This document shows positions 1 to 11,136 of a stretch of DNA of 64,000 nt, in pieces; the stretch's first letter is position 1, and the number at the start of each line of letters is the position of its first letter. The DNA is from Centroscyllium fabricii. Its lineage: Eukaryota. The notes beneath the pieces were generated by a model. That model ran no database searches, was not told where the DNA came from, and saw nothing but the letters and a program-made list of their open reading frames with translations. The DNA lies in contig JBNRSN020000056.1 of assembly GCA_051313645.2 (NCBI GenBank), positions 5,084,001 through 5,148,000 on the forward strand, given 5' to 3'. The position numbers and the translations under genes are program-made.

Positions 1-239
1 GTGGGATATGTGTCGATGAAGGCTCGATAGAGATGTGGGGAGGGGGCAGGGGCGGGGTGCTGGGTTTGGATGATCAGCCATGATCTGATTGAATGGCGGA
101 GCAGGCTCGAAGGGCCGAATGGCCTACTCCTGCTCCTAGTTTCTATGTTGCGCAGTGTGTTCGAGCCGTGAAAAAAGCATTTCACTGCCTAGATTACACT
201 TGTATTCAGTACATGTGACAAATAAAATTGAATTGACTT

Positions 240-1290
240 GAATGTAGCGTGACATGAACCCAAGATCCCGGTTGAGGCCGTCCTCATGAGTGCGAAATTT
301 GGCTATCAGTTTCTGCTCGACGATTTTGCGTTGTCGTGTGTCTCGAAGGCCACCTTGGAGAATGCTTACCCGAAGATCAGAGGCTGAATGTCCTTGACTG
401 CTGAAGTGTTCCCCGACTGTGAGGAACACTCCTGCCTGGCGATTGTTGTGCGGTGTCAGTTCATCCGTTGTCGCAGTGTCTGCATGGTCTCGCCGATGCC
501 ATGCTCTAGGGCATCTTTTCCTGCAGCATATGAGGTCGACAACATTGGCTGACTCACATGAGTATGTACCTGGTGGGTGGTGTCCTCACGTGTGCTGATG
601 ATCTGGCATGTCTTGCAGAGGTTGCCGTGGCAGGGTTGTGTGGTGTCGTGGTCGCTGTTCTCCTGAAAGCTGGGTAATTTGCTGCAAACAATGGTCTGTT
701 TGAGGCTGAGCGGCTGTTTGAAGGCGAGTAGCGGAGGCGTGGGGATGGCCTTAGCGAGGTGTTCGTCATCATCGATAACATGTTGAAGGCTGCGAAGAAC
801 ATGGCGTAGTTTCTCCGCTCCGGGGAAGTACTGGACGATGAAGGGTACTCTGTTGGTTGTGTCCCGTGTTTGTCTTCTGAGGAGGTCTATGCGAGTTTTC
901 GCTGTGGCCCGTCGGAACTGTTGATCGACGAGTCGAGCGTCATATCCTGTTCTTACGAGGGCGTCTTTCAGCGTCTGTAGGTGTCCGTCGCATTCCTCCT
1001 CATCTGAGCAGATCCTGTGTATTGGCAGGGCTTGTCCATAGAGGATGGCTTCTTTAACGTGGTTAGGGTGGAAGCAGAGAAGTGGAGCATCGTGAGGTTG
1101 TCCGTGGGCTTGCGGTAGGTGTCCGTCTTTGATGGAGATTCGTGTGTCCAAGAATGAAACCGATACTGAGCAGCAGTCCATGGTGAGTTTGATGGTGGGA
1201 TGGAACTTGTTGATGTTAACGTGGCGTTTTTTCAGTGATTCTTCACCGTGGGTCCATAGGAGGAAAATATCATTGATGTATCTGGTGTGA
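240..1290 (-). mobile_element. Penelope-like retroelement fragment (RT C-terminus + GIY-YIG), frameshifted
   Basis: RYINDIFLLWTHGEESL, SFLDTRISI, IGETMQTLRQRMN and EQKLIAKFRTHEDGLN motifs across broken frames. Confidence 0.85.
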
Positions 1291-1385
1291 TAAAGAGCAG
1301 TTAGAGGAATTACCTGTAATCATCTGGTGGTGTTCTCTGACTATATATGCTGTGCCTTTGTTCATCTCTTCCAAAGATGTCCAAA

Positions 1386-1915
1386 GGTGGCATAGTGGTT
1401 AGCACTGTTGTCTCACAGCACTGGAGACCCGGGTTCAAATCCAGCCTCGGGTACTATCTGTGTGGAGTTTGCACATTCTCCCCGTGTCTGCGTGGGTTTC
1501 CTCCGGGTGCTCCGGTTTCCTCCCACAGTCCAAAGATGTGCGGGTTAGGTTGATTGGCCATGATAGATTGGCCCTTAGTGTTAGGGGGATTGAATATATG
1601 GGGTTGCGGTGATAGGGTGGGATATGTGTCGGTGCAGGCTCGATAGGGATATGGGGAGAGGGCAGGGGTGGGGTACTGGGTTTGGATGATCAGCCATGAT
1701 CTCATTGAATGGCGGAGCAGGCTCGAGGGGCCGAATGGCCGACTCCTGCTCCTATCTTCTATGTTTCTATGTGTCGGTGCAGGCTCGATAGGGATCGACG
1801 GAGAGGGCAGGGAACAGGGTACTGGGTTTGGATGATCAGCCATGATCTCATTGAATGGCGGAGCAGGCTCGAGGGGCCGAATGGCCGACTCCTGCTCCTA
1901 TCTTCTATGTTTCAC
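1386..1915 (+). mobile_element. tRNA-derived V-SINE (HE1-like) with duplicated CR1-derived tail
   Basis: A/B-box head GGTGGCATAGTGGTTAGC...GGTTCAAATCC; V-core GGGTTTCCTCCGGGTGCTCCGGTTTCCTCCCAC; tail ending tctatgtttctatg present twice. Confidence 0.85.
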
Positions 1916-1917
1916 TT

Positions 1918-2015
1918 CACTTCACCTGAGGAAGGAGCAGCGCTCCGAAAGCTTTTGATTTCAAATAAAACTGTTGGACTATAACCTGGTGTTGTGTGAC
2001 TTCTTGCATTTGTCC
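1918..2015 (+). mobile_element. Penelope terminal-repeat remnant with minimal hammerhead motif
   Basis: CTGAGGA-a-GGAGC agc GCTCC-GAAA-GCTT followed by AATAAA; related copies at ~14245-14330, ~31005-31090, ~46740-46820 and ~57490-57570 (all minus). Confidence 0.7.
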
Positions 2016-2379
2016 ATTTAAAATACACATGTTAATTGGCTATAGAAACATAGAAGATAGGAGCAGGAGTCGGCCACTCGGCCCTTGAGCCTGCTCCGCC
2101 ATTCAATGAGATCATGGCTGACCATCCAAACCGAGTACCCTGTCCTTGCCCTCTCCCCATATCCCCCGATCCCCATCGAGCCTGCACCGACACATATCCC
2201 ACCCTATCCCCGTAACCCCACATATTCAATCCCCTTAACACCAAGGGTAAATTTATCCTGGCCAATCAACCTAACCTGCACATTTTTGGACTATAATTTG
2301 AAACTAAAAGGTGAGTGCCTATAGCTAGAGGAGTGAAAGAAAGATTGCACAAAACTCTCGTGTTTGTGTGTGTGTGTGT

Positions 2380-2704
2380 GGGGGCAGTGACGTCACTCTA
2401 AGTCTTGCTGGAAGAAAAGCTGGCGGCCATTTTGACGGCCTCACGTGACCCCCCGGACCCAGTCGGATGATGGCCGGGCGTCGCCATGGCGACGACGTTG
2501 CGCGCTGACGCAGCCCCGGCCGCGACCGCCTCAAGATGGCGGCGGTGTGAGGCGCGCACAGGCTGTCGGCGGGAGCAACGGTGGAAATTTCCAGCAAGTT
2601 GCCGAAGAAGAAAGCAGGCATAGAAGGGAAAGCCAAGCGGGATCGGCGGCCAGATTTCTCTTCTCATTCCCCTTCTCCCCCCCCGGCCCGGGGGGGACTC
2701 CGCC
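2380..2704 (+). promoter_or_regulatory. CpG-rich TATA-less promoter/5'UTR of RAD23
   Basis: High CpG; CRE TGACGTCA 2388-2395, YY1-type GCGGCCATTTT ~2423, E-box TCACGTGA 2441-2448, RFX-like palindrome GTCGCCATGGCGAC 2480-2493, YY1-type CAAGATGGCGGC 2532-2543. Confidence 0.8.
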
Positions 2705-2770
2705 ATGCTCATCACCGTGAAGACGCTGCAGCAGCAGACCATCAAAATCCAGATCGACCAGGAGCAGACG
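2705..2770 (+). CDS. RAD23A: RAD23A-like exon 1 (start of UBL domain)
   Basis: GCCATG start; MLITVKTLQQQTIKIQIDQEQT matches the RAD23 N-terminus; donor GTGAGG at 2771; phase 0. Confidence 0.93.
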
Positions 2771-2869
2771 GTGAGGAGCGGCGCGCAAAACCCTCGGCCG
2801 CCTCACAACAGTGACTGGGCTTCAAAGGTTGACCGAAACATACCGCATCCAAGGAGAGCGAGGGGAGTC

Positions 2870-4227
2870 CTCCTCTCCCCCCCCCCCCCCCCCACCCCCC
2901 CACATCAGTGGGTCGCACTCTCCCCCCCCCCCCCCCCCCCCCCCCACATCAGTGGGTTGCAATCTCTTTCCCCCCCCTCCCCATCAGTGGGTCGCACTCT
3001 CTCTTTCCCCCCCTCCCCCCCCAGTAAGTCGCACTCTCTCCCCCCCACATCAGTGGGTCGCACTCTCTCTTTCCCCCCTCCCCCCCCCCCCCCCCCCCAG
3101 TGGGTCGCACTCTTTCCCCCCCCCCCACATCAGTGGGTCGCACTCTCTCTTTCCTCCCCCCCCCCCCCACATCAGTGTGTCACACTCTCTCCCCCCCCCC
3201 CCCACAGTGGGTCGCACTCTCTTTCCCCCCCCCCCCACATATCAGTGGGTCGACCTCTCTCTTCCCCCCCCCTCCCCACATCAGTGTGTCACACTCTCTC
3301 TCCCCCACATCAGTGGGTCGCACTCTCTCTTCCCCCCCCCCCACATCAGTGGGTCGCACTCTCTCCCTCACCCCCACATCAGTGGGTCGCACTCTCTCTC
3401 CCCCACATCAGTGGGTCGCACTCTCTCTCCCCCACATCAGTGGGTCGCACTCTCTCTCCCCCACATCAGTGGGTCGCACTCTCTCTTCCCCCCCCCACAT
3501 CAGTGGGTCGCACTCAGGGCCGGCCCTACCATATAAACGATGTAAACATTTGTTTAGGGCCCCCGATTTGAGAGGGCCCCTCATAGGCCTAAGTGTTTTC
3601 ATTCTTAAATTATAGCCCATGATAGACATACATTGCCCCTGCACAATATTGTGCACAATGTACTGGTACATAACTGGTGCATAATTATATACTGGGTACA
3701 GTAGGTTTTAGTGCCGGCAGAAGAAGCCCCCCTTGTGCTTGTGCACACATATCTACAGACACAAACAGAAAGGGCCCCCAAAATACCTTGTTTGGGGCCC
3801 CCAAAATACCTTGTTTGGGGCCCCCAAATACCTTGTTTGGGGCCCCCAAAATACCTTGTTTGGGGCCCCCAAAATACCTTGTTTGGGGCCCCCAAATACC
3901 TTGAGCCGGCCCTGGTCGCACTCTCTCTTTCCCCCCCCCCCCACATCAGTGGGTCGCACTCTCTCCCTCACCCCCACATCAGTGGGTCGCACTCTCTCTC
4001 CCCCACATGAGTGGGTCGCACTCTCTCCCCCCCAACATCAGTGGGTCGCACTCTCTCTCCCCCACATCAGTGGGTCGCACTCTCTCTCCCCCACATCAGT
4101 GGGTCGCACTCTCTTTTCCACCCCCCCCACATCAGTGGGTCGCACTCTCTCTCTTCCCCACATCAGTGGGTTGCACTCTCTTGCCCCCCCCCCCACATCA
4201 GTGCGTCACACTCTCTCTCTCTCTCTC

Positions 4228-4259
<32 letters not shown>

Positions 4260-4570
4260 ACATCAGTGGGTCGCACACTCTTGCCCCCCCCCCACATCAG
4301 TGCGTCACACTCGCTCTCTCCCCCCCCCCCCCCACATCAGTGGGTCGCACACTCACCCCCCACCCCCCCATCAGTGGGTCGCACTCTCTTGCCCCCCCCC
4401 CCCCCACATCAGTGCATCACACTCTCTCTCTCTCCCCCCCCCCCCCCCACCCACATCAGTGGGTCGCACACTCGCCCACCACCCCCCCCATCAGTGGGTC
4501 GCTCTCTCTCTTTTCTCCCCCTCCCACCCCCCCCCCCCCCCCCCCACACATCAGTGGGTCGCACTCTCGC
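2870..4570. repeat. C-rich minisatellite (~30-40 bp unit CACATCAGTGGGTCGCACTCTCTC-Cn) at the start of intron 1
   Basis: Dozens of tandem units with variable poly-C length; interrupted at 3515-3914. Confidence 0.95.
3515..3914. mobile_element. hAT-type MITE inserted in the minisatellite
   Basis: TIR CAGGGCCGGC...GCCGGCCCTG; exact 8-bp TSD GTCGCACT (3507-3514 / 3915-3922); internal ~25-bp tandem GGGGCCCCCAAAATACCTTGTTT about x5. Confidence 0.88.
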
Positions 4571-4596
4571 CTCGCTCTGGCGTCAGAATGGTTGTG

Positions 4597-5070
4597 GGGG
4601 AGGCGGTGGCGTAGTGGTTATGTCACTAGACTAGTAAGCCAGAGGCTCAGTCAAATGCTCTGAGGATATGGGTTCAAATCCCACCACAGCAGCTGGTGGA
4701 ATTTAAATTCAATTCAATTTAATTCTGGAATTAAAATGTGAGTCTTAGTAATGGCGACCATGATACCATTGTCGATTGTTGCAAAAACCCATCTGGTTCA
4801 CTAATGTCCTTTAGGGAAGGAAATCTGCCGTCCTTACCTGGTCTGGCCTACATGTGACTCCAGACCCACAGCAATGTGGTTGACTCTTAATGCCCTCTGA
4901 AATGGCCTAGCGAGCCACTCAGTTGTATACAACCGCTACGAAAAACAATAAGACTGCAGCGGTTCAAGAAGGCGGCTCACTACCATCTTCTCGAGGGCAA
5001 TTAGGAATGGGCACTAAATGCAGGCCTAGCCAGCCAGCGACACCCACATCCCATCAATGAATAAAAAAAA
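4597..5070 (+). mobile_element. tRNA-derived SINE (second family) with LINE-derived tail
   Basis: GGTGGCGTAGTGG...GGTTCAAATCCC head; tail AAGAAGGCGGCTCAC...ATGAATAAAAAA; fragments also at ~5484-5690 and ~24010-25100. Confidence 0.7.
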
Positions 5071-5071
5071 A

Positions 5072-5475
5072 AGTCCCACTCCAGAGACTTGAGCACAAAA
5101 ATCCAGGCTGACGCTCCCAGTACCGAGGGCGTGCTGCACTGTCGGAGGTGCCCTCTTTCGGATCAGATGTTAAACCCAGGCCCCCCTCAATCTGCGCCCT
5201 CGGGTGGACGTAAAAGATCCCGCGGCCACTATTTCGAAGAGTTCTCCATGGTTCCCGGGGGGCCAGTATATATCCCTCAACCAACATTACTTAAATCCCC
5301 CCGCCCCCCAGATTATCTGGGTCATTAACACACTGCTGTTTGTGGGAGCTTGCTGTGCGCGAATTGGCTGCCACGTTTCCTACATTACAACAGTGACTCC
5401 ACTTCACAAAGTACCTCATTGGCTGTAAAGCGCTTTGAGACGTCCGGCGGTCGCGAAAGGCGCTGTAGAAACGCG
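5072..5475 (+). mobile_element. DeuSINE/SacSINE1-like SINE
   Basis: GTCGGAGGTGCC...GATGTTAAAC...GTGGACGTAAAAGATCC core; other copies ~6510-6900(-), 10146-11210, 11355-11600, 44478-45440, 45840-47097(-), 51085-51400, 56286-56735. Confidence 0.75.
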
Positions 5476-5807
5476 AATAATATGTGACTCCAGACTCTCA
5501 GTTGACTCTTAACTGTCCTCTGAAATGGCCCAGCGAGACACTCGGCTGTACAAAACTGCCACAAAGAATATCACGGACTGCAGCGGTTCAAGAAGGCAGC
5601 TCACCACCACCTTTAAAGGGCAGTTAGGGATGGGCAATAAATGCTGCGCCTTGCCAGCGACGGCCGCATCCCGTGAGCGAATAATAAAAATTTAAAAAAC
5701 CCCGTTTAAGGTGACTAGTGCCCATATATAATTCACTTCTACTAACACTATATAGCAGAATCGGTGATGCAACACAAGCAATGATCGTGCTGGCAAGTGA
5801 AAGACAA

Positions 5808-6467
5808 TGGCCCAGAAATTCGGGGCCCCAACGCGCGAGTATGGACGGTGTACTCGCGCGTGGGCCCCTCGGAATTGCCGGATTCCGGCGTGCACCGCGC
5901 ATACGCGCGACACCGGCAATTCCGAGCCCCTGACTGGAGGGGTCAGGAGTCGGAGCGCGTTGGCTTGCGCAGCAGGGGGTGCGCAGTGCACTTCCGATTT
6001 TTTCACAGGTTTGTATCAGGGTAAATATTGGAAATATTTACGGCTGATATTTTCAAGCGCAAGGAGTGGATTTCATCAGGTAAGTCTTTATTTTGTTCAA
6101 TTTAAGCATTTTTTTCTCCACAGGTTTTTCATTTTTAAAAACTTTGATTTTTAGCCCCGTTAAATACTTTAAATATTTTTTTCAAAATTTTACATTTTTG
6201 TTTTAAATAGCTAATTTACGTCATTGATAGTAATTTTTTTAAATGTGATTTAAAAAAAATGTATTTGAATATTTACTGAGGTTTTGGGGCTTGTAGTATT
6301 CATAAGTTTGACGGCTCTTCCTGTCAAACTTATGAATGGAGCATTCTTTGCTCCGATTGGCTCCCCGCGGACCACGTGATCCCGCGCGGAGCCTCGCACT
6401 AACTCCGACGTTGAGTTGCATCAGCGCAGCGCACGTGGCAAGCCTCCGACCCTAATTTCTGGCCCAG
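5808..6467. mobile_element. Non-autonomous DNA transposon, TIR TGGCCCAGAAATT (possibly PIF/Harbinger-like)
   Basis: TGGCCCAGAAATTC...AATTTCTGGCCCA; GC-rich subterminal arms and AT-rich core; relatives at 10396-11136 and 48538-50123. Confidence 0.75.
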
Positions 6468-6902
6468 TGAATACTCCTGCACATCAGTGTGGGGGGGGGC
6501 AGTGGGGGGAAAGACAGACTTGCATTTATATGGCGCCTTTCACGTTCTCAGGACGTCCCAAAGTGCTTTACAGTGAATGAAGTACTTTTTTTGGCGTGTA
6601 GTCACTGGTGTAATGTAGAAAATGCTGCCAATTTGTGCACCGCAAGCTCCCACATATAGCAATCTGATAATGACCAGAAAATCTGTTTTAGTGATGTTGG
6701 TTGAGGGATAAATGTTAGCCAGGACAGCAGGGAGAACTCCCCTGCTCGTCTTTGAAATAGTACCGTGGGTTCTTTTATGTCCACTTGAGAGGGCAGTAGG
6801 GATCTCGGTTTAATGTCTCATCTGAAAGACGGCACCTCCGGCACTGAGAGTGTCAGCATAGATTTTTGCGCTCAAGTCTCTGGAGTGGGACTGGAACCCA
6901 CA

Positions 6903-7290
6903 ACATAGAAGATAGGAGCAGGAGTCGGCCATTCGAGCCTGCTCCGCCATTCAATGAGATCATGGCTGATCATCCAAACCCAGCACCCCGCCCCTGCCTT
7001 CTCCCCATATCCCTCGATCCCTATCGAGCCTGCACCAACACATATCCCATCCTATCCCCGTAACCCCACATATTTAATCCCCCTAACACTAAGGGTCAAT
7101 TTATCCTGGCCAATCAACCTAACCCGCACATCTTTGGACTGTGGGAGGAAACCGGAGCACCCGGAGGAAACCCACGCAGACACGGGGAGAATGTGCAAAC
7201 TCCACACAGATAGTCACCCGAGGGCTGGATTTGAACCCGGGTCTCCAGTGCTGTGAGACAACAGTGCTAACCACTATGCCACCGTGACGC
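6903..7290 (-). mobile_element. V-SINE (HE1-like), representative full copy
   Basis: Reverse complement of the 1386 element; further copies ~1-140, 2045-2292, 9180-9585, 11998-12242, 15990-16352, 22815-23190, 25236-25628, 42296-42648, 43627-44012, 55296-55692, 57113-57348. Confidence 0.88.
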
Positions 7291-8243
7291 CCTTAAACTT
7301 CTGGCGAGGGTGCTACCAAGAGACACCTGAGGCACTGGGGCAGATGCTTTTAATCATGGAAGGTTTTTGCTGGGGACTTTTTTTTCTTCTGAGGTTGAAG
7401 AGTCAGCTATGAAGTCAAGGACTCGTCAATTTAAAACTGCCGAGAGGGGTCAGGAGAAATCTGTTTTCCCCGAGGGTCGCTGGAACATGGAATGCTTTGC
7501 CACAGGGATAGTTGAGGCAGAGACCATTGCATCTTCCGGGACAGTTGGCTAAGTAATTGCAGTAGAGAAAGATATAGGACTACGGGAGAGAGATTAGTTT
7601 TGGATTGCTCTAACAGCACCTGCTGTAAAGTTATGTATGGGGTTGTCTTGTGCTCGTCAAGCAGAGTAACAGACCCTACACTTGAGAGTAATTCAAGATG
7701 TTTCTGACAGATGCGATGGAGCCTCAATAAAATGACTCCTTTGGTTGTGGAAAGATTGGGTTGTCGAGTAACCCTGCCTGCACTTAACAAGTAGGGTGGC
7801 ATGAGTTGGACAAGCAAAGGGAAGCTTACCAGATCTCTCTGCTCGTAAGCAGCCTGGTTTCAGTTGGGTAAACTCCGGAAGTACCCTTGTGAATATCTAG
7901 AAGTCTAGACGTTAACTCTGTTTCTCTCTCCATGCATGCTGCCTGGCCTGCTGAGTTTTTCCCAGCGTTTTCTGTTATTTCAGATTTCCAGCATCTGCAG
8001 TATTTTGCTATCGCATTAGTGTTTGGTTCACTGCCACCCCTCTTCTAGGAATGCCCACCTTGAAGAAGTTCTGCTCTTCTCTTCGACGGGATCTCCGTTT
8101 GGCTCTTCAACCTTGTTCAGTGTCTCTTAATCTCTCCGGCTTTCTATCCTGTCGCTGACCTTCCCTTTTGTTCTTTCAACCCCTTTCCGTTTCTGCAGCC
8201 CCAACTTGTTTTAAAATCTATCCCCCCCCTCCTGTTTTTCTCC

Positions 8244-8280
8244 AGTTCTGATGAAAGGTCTTCGACCGGAAACGTCAACT
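8244..8280 (+). ncRNA. Minimal type I hammerhead ribozyme motif in a Penelope-type repeat
   Basis: AGTT-CTGATGA-aa-GGTC ttc GACC-g-GAAA-C-GTC-AACT: intact core, stem II, stem I AGTT/AACT, palindromic ACGT in place of stem III. Confidence 0.65.
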
Positions 8281-8422
8281 CTGTTTCTCTCTTCACCGAT
8301 GCTGCCTGGCCTGCTGAGTTTTTCCAGCGTTTTCTGTTGTTATTTCTAGAAGTCCAAAGCTTGGCTGTTATTAACCTGGGTCTCTGGAAAAGAATGTGTG
8401 CACTCCATATCAGGCAAACGAA

Positions 8423-8719
8423 AATAATAATAATAATTCAACTTTATTGTCATTATACAATGTACAAGTACATGAACAACGAAATGTGACCTTGCAAGCT
8501 CCCAAGAGTCCAGCAAAGCCGCTGCGTCTGTGCGCGACACCATTCCATCTTTTCCATCATTCCGACAATCTTCAGCCAACCCCCCCTCCCCGGGGCTCCT
8601 TTCGTGACCTTCTGCACCTGGTATTCCCTGGTGGTCACCCATCCAAGTACTAACCAGGCCTGGCTCTGCTTAGCTTCCAAGCCTTGCCAGTGACCCTGTC
8701 CCGAGTCCCAGGAACAGGG
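8423..8719 (-). mobile_element. 5S rRNA-derived SINE (SINE3-like), copy 1
   Basis: Minus strand GGAAGCTAAGCAGAGCCAGGCCTGGTTAGTACTTGGATGGGTGACCACCAGGGAATACCAGGTGC matches the 5S internal control region; tail TGACAATAAAGTTGAA(TTA)n. Confidence 0.8.
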
Positions 8720-8994
8720 ATTTACGTGGATTTCTCTGTGCGGTCCATTGATAATTTGACGTTTTTTCTGCACTTAACAATTCAAATGATCTAATTAAGA
8801 GAGGTGGACTGTAAGTTGGTTTGAAGATTCTTCCGTATGAGGATTAATGGGAGCTGGATAGGTCGGTGTGTCACTGGGGGCTAGGATACTTCCCACTTGG
8901 CTCCAGATAATTCTGCATTGTGTTGTGTTAATGGACAGCCGTCCTCCTAGCTGGGCAGTGGGAGGCTGACTAGTGCCCAGGTGCTGGTAAGATA

Positions 8995-9747
8995 CAGGCT
9001 GAGCACCGGTAATCCGGCACCCGATGGTCCGGCACCTTTAGTGGTCCGGCACGAATCGAAACCGGCGGTCTTCAGTTTGTGGAGCAACCGCTCGGCGGCG
9101 CCACTGTTTCCCGCGAAGGGTGGGCGAGCGCCGAAGGCGTCGGGCGTTTGGGTTTCTGCTTTTTAGTGTTCTATCGTTTAGGGCGGCACAGTGGCATAGT
9201 GGTTAGCACTGTTGCCTCACAGCACTGGAGACCCGGGTTCAAATCCGGCCTCGGGTGATTATCTGTGTGGAGTTTGTACCTTCTCCCCGTGTCTGTGTGG
9301 GTTTCCTCCGGGTGCTCCGGTTTCCTCCCACAGTCCAAAGATGTGCGTGTTAGGTTGATTGGCCATGATAAATTGACCCTTAGTGTTAGGGGGATTGAAT
9401 ATGTGGGGTTACGGGGATAGGGTGGGATATGTGTCGGTGCAGGCTCAATAGGGATCGAGGGATATGGGGACAAGGCAGGGACAGGGTGCTGGGTTTGGAT
9501 GATCAGCCATGATCTCATTGAATGGCGGAGCAGGCTCGAAGGGCTGAATGGCCGACTCCTGCTCCTATCTTCTATGTTTCTATGTATCCCCGGGCTCCCT
9601 CCCGGGAAGTGTTCTACCCGCGCGCTCTGGGCCCTGCAGAGTGTTCTACCCGCGCGCTCCCCCCGAACCTTGAGTGGTTTGGAATTTTCAATGGTCCGGC
9701 ACCGGGTGCCTGGTCCCGAGGGTGCCGGATTACCGGTGCTCAATCTG
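8995..9747. mobile_element. Tigger/pogo-like MITE interrupted by a V-SINE
   Basis: TA|CAGGCTGAGCACCGGTAATCCGG...CCGGATTACCGGTGCTCAATCTG|TA. Confidence 0.85.
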
Positions 9748-10395
9748 TACCTGGTTTTACATGGATAAACTCCAGCAGTACCCATATGCACCCTTACAAA
9801 TCCTTAAGCTTTGCCCTTGTCGACCTCTTGTCTTGAGTTTTTAGATAAATGGGTTATGCCCCAATCGGGAAAGAGTGTGAGCTCCATATCGGGCCAATAG
9901 AAACTCCACTTGTGTCCCGCTTCCCAGTAGTTTGGTTTGGAGGCTCTTAAGCAAATGTGACGGGGGTTCCGCACCACCAGTCAGGCCAGGCAAAATATCA
10001 AGATGAGGGAGGTCAGTGCTGGGGAATGGAACACTGTTCCCACTGCAGGCATCAAACGCTCCAAGATCAGGTATATAATAATCATATCAATCTGCCTCTA
10101 CTCTGCTCCAGCCTCAAAGGAATGGCCCTTACTGCTCCAACTGTGAGTGTCAGCTGTGGCTCAGTGGGCAGCACCCTCGCCTCTGAGTCAGAAGGTTGTC
10201 CGCTCAAGTCCCCACTCCAGAGACTTGAGCACAAAATAATCTAGGCTGACACTCCCAGTGCAGCACTGAGGGAGTGCCGTCTTTCGGATGAGATGTTAAA
10301 GCGAGGCCCCCCGCCTGCTCTTTCAGGCGGACATAAAAGATCCCATTGTACTATTTAAAGAAGAGATGGGGAGTTCTTCCCGGTGTCCTGGCCAA

Positions 10396-11136
10396 TGGCC
10401 CAGAAATTCGGGTCCCCACGCGCGAGTACGCGCCGGGTACTCACCCGTAGGCCCATCCAAAGTGCCGGTTTCGTGCATGCGCGCGAAACCGGCACTTCCG
10501 ATCCCCTGACCGAAGGGGTCAGGGGTCGGAACGCGGGTGCGGAATGCAGTTGCGATTCTTTTTACAGGGCCTGTCTCTGGGTAAGTATGGAGAAAGATAC
10601 GTCTCCTATTTTCAAGTGCAAAGACCCCTTTTCAGAAGGTAAGTGGTGAATTAATTCAATTAAAAAAAAAAAATTCCACATGTTTTTTATTTTTAAATAC
10701 TTTAAAGAAAGGTAAGTTTATTTTTAGCCCCGTTAAAAACTTTAATTATTTTTTTCAAAATTTTTAATTTTTGTTTAAAATAGATAATTTATGTAATTGA
10801 TAGTTATTTTTAAAAATGTGATTAAAAAAATATATTTTATTTCAAGATTTACTGTGGTTTTGGAGGTTGTAGTATTCATAAGTTTGACAGGTCTTCCTAT
10901 CAAACTTATGAATGGCGCATTCTGTGCTCTGATTGGCTCTCCGTGGCCCACGTGATCCCGCGCGATCCCTCGCACTATCTACGCTGCTGGGATCCGGGAG
11001 CGCGGGGCGCCGGCACTTCAGGAAGGCCCCGCATCAGGATTCCATGCGGGCCCACAGCTCAACGGCCGGCGCGCTGGGTAAGTGCATGTTGGAGGCTTGC
11101 ACTCGCGGGAAGCCTCCGACCCGAATTTCTGGGCCA
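10396..11136. mobile_element. TGGCCCAGAAATT-TIR DNA transposon nested in a DeuSINE
   Basis: TGGCCCAGAAATTCGGGTC...GACCCGAATTTCTGGGCCA. Confidence 0.8.

Noticed and set aside
2771-4663. Proline-rich ORFs, including the 288-aa read-through of exon 1
   Set aside because: RAD23 similarity stops at the GT donor at 2771; the rest is translated minisatellite.
8612-8680. 5S rRNA gene (also ~51610-51680)
   Set aside because: Only the 3' half resembles 5S; it is diverged and embedded in a dispersed repeat with a LINE-type tail.
9183-9255. tRNA genes at SINE heads
   Set aside because: The A/B boxes run straight into the SINE core, with no convincing cloverleaf or terminator.
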